Shown one piece after another: positions 63,419-64,000 of a DNA stretch of 64,000 nt (within the stretch, counting starts at the first letter, position 1; each line of letters begins with the position of its first letter). Position numbers and translations under genes: made by a program. Origin of the DNA: Octopus vulgaris (Eukaryota); assembly GCA_951406725.2 (NCBI GenBank), contig OX597815.1, positions 181,660,001 through 181,724,000 on the forward strand, read 5' to 3'. Under the pieces are notes generated by a model. The model ran no database searches. It had not been told where the DNA came from and saw only the letters and a list, made by a program, of their open reading frames with translations.

Positions 63419-64000
63419 CAAAACCTAATAAACGAAACTATTATGAGGTTGCATAATATGGAACACTGTTTGTTTTTAAATTTTATAACTATTAGGTGAA
63501 TGCTGCTAAATCAAAAAGGAATAAATCACAACAATCTACAACAAAAAACATCAATTAAAACAAAATATTTGAGTGTTGAATAAATAGTTCACATATCAGA
63601 AATAATAGCAAAATTGAAACTTTGACCAGTGGACACAGAAGTCTGTTTTCTTAATTATATTAGCTTGCCGACATCATTTCATTAAAACTAAATTTTTCCT
63701 GATTGCTTGTTTTTATCAATATGAAAATAATATCATCAAAGAATTAAATTAAAGTTAAGGCAAAATAATGGCAGATTCTCGTCACAAGATGGTTTGTGGC
63801 AAAATATTTATTTGTTCAAAGCAACAAAACCAATTCTCAGAAACCAGTCTTTAACACTTTTGGTACCAGCCTGCCTGAGGCCAGTAGAGGTTCTTTTATA
63901 CAAAAACTTTCCATATATAAATTAGAATTATATAAATTAAAACTTACATCATAGATTTATGTAAGAACCTTTTGTTACGTGCCAAACACAAGTTTAATAA

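Overview
AT-rich, repeat-saturated eukaryotic non-coding DNA. The SINE/LINE complement resembles octopus/cephalopod genomes (inference from recalled family motifs). I cannot support any host protein-coding exon, so the window is probably intronic or intergenic; most listed ORFs are microsatellite or repeat artefacts. Contents: many tRNA-derived SINEs (CORE-type, Meta-domain-type, V-like), more than 20 5'-truncated RTE LINE ends (some with RT remnants), two R4/Dong-type RLE LINE ends lying in (TAA)n tracts, an L1/Tx1-like ORF1 remnant, DNA-transposon relics (pogo/Tc2 and mariner MITEs, hAT, Chapaev3-like) and a TTAGGG-containing foldback element. The most interesting signal is a set of Penelope-like element (PLE) fragments carrying type I hammerhead ribozymes from at least seven unrelated families. 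One family places a 73-nt tRNA-like Pol III cassette between its GIY-YIG ORF and its hammerhead, and the tRNA-(AAT)n-hammerhead unit appears to move on its own as a SINE-like element with TSDs. All coordinates were read by eye; repeat boundaries are approximate.
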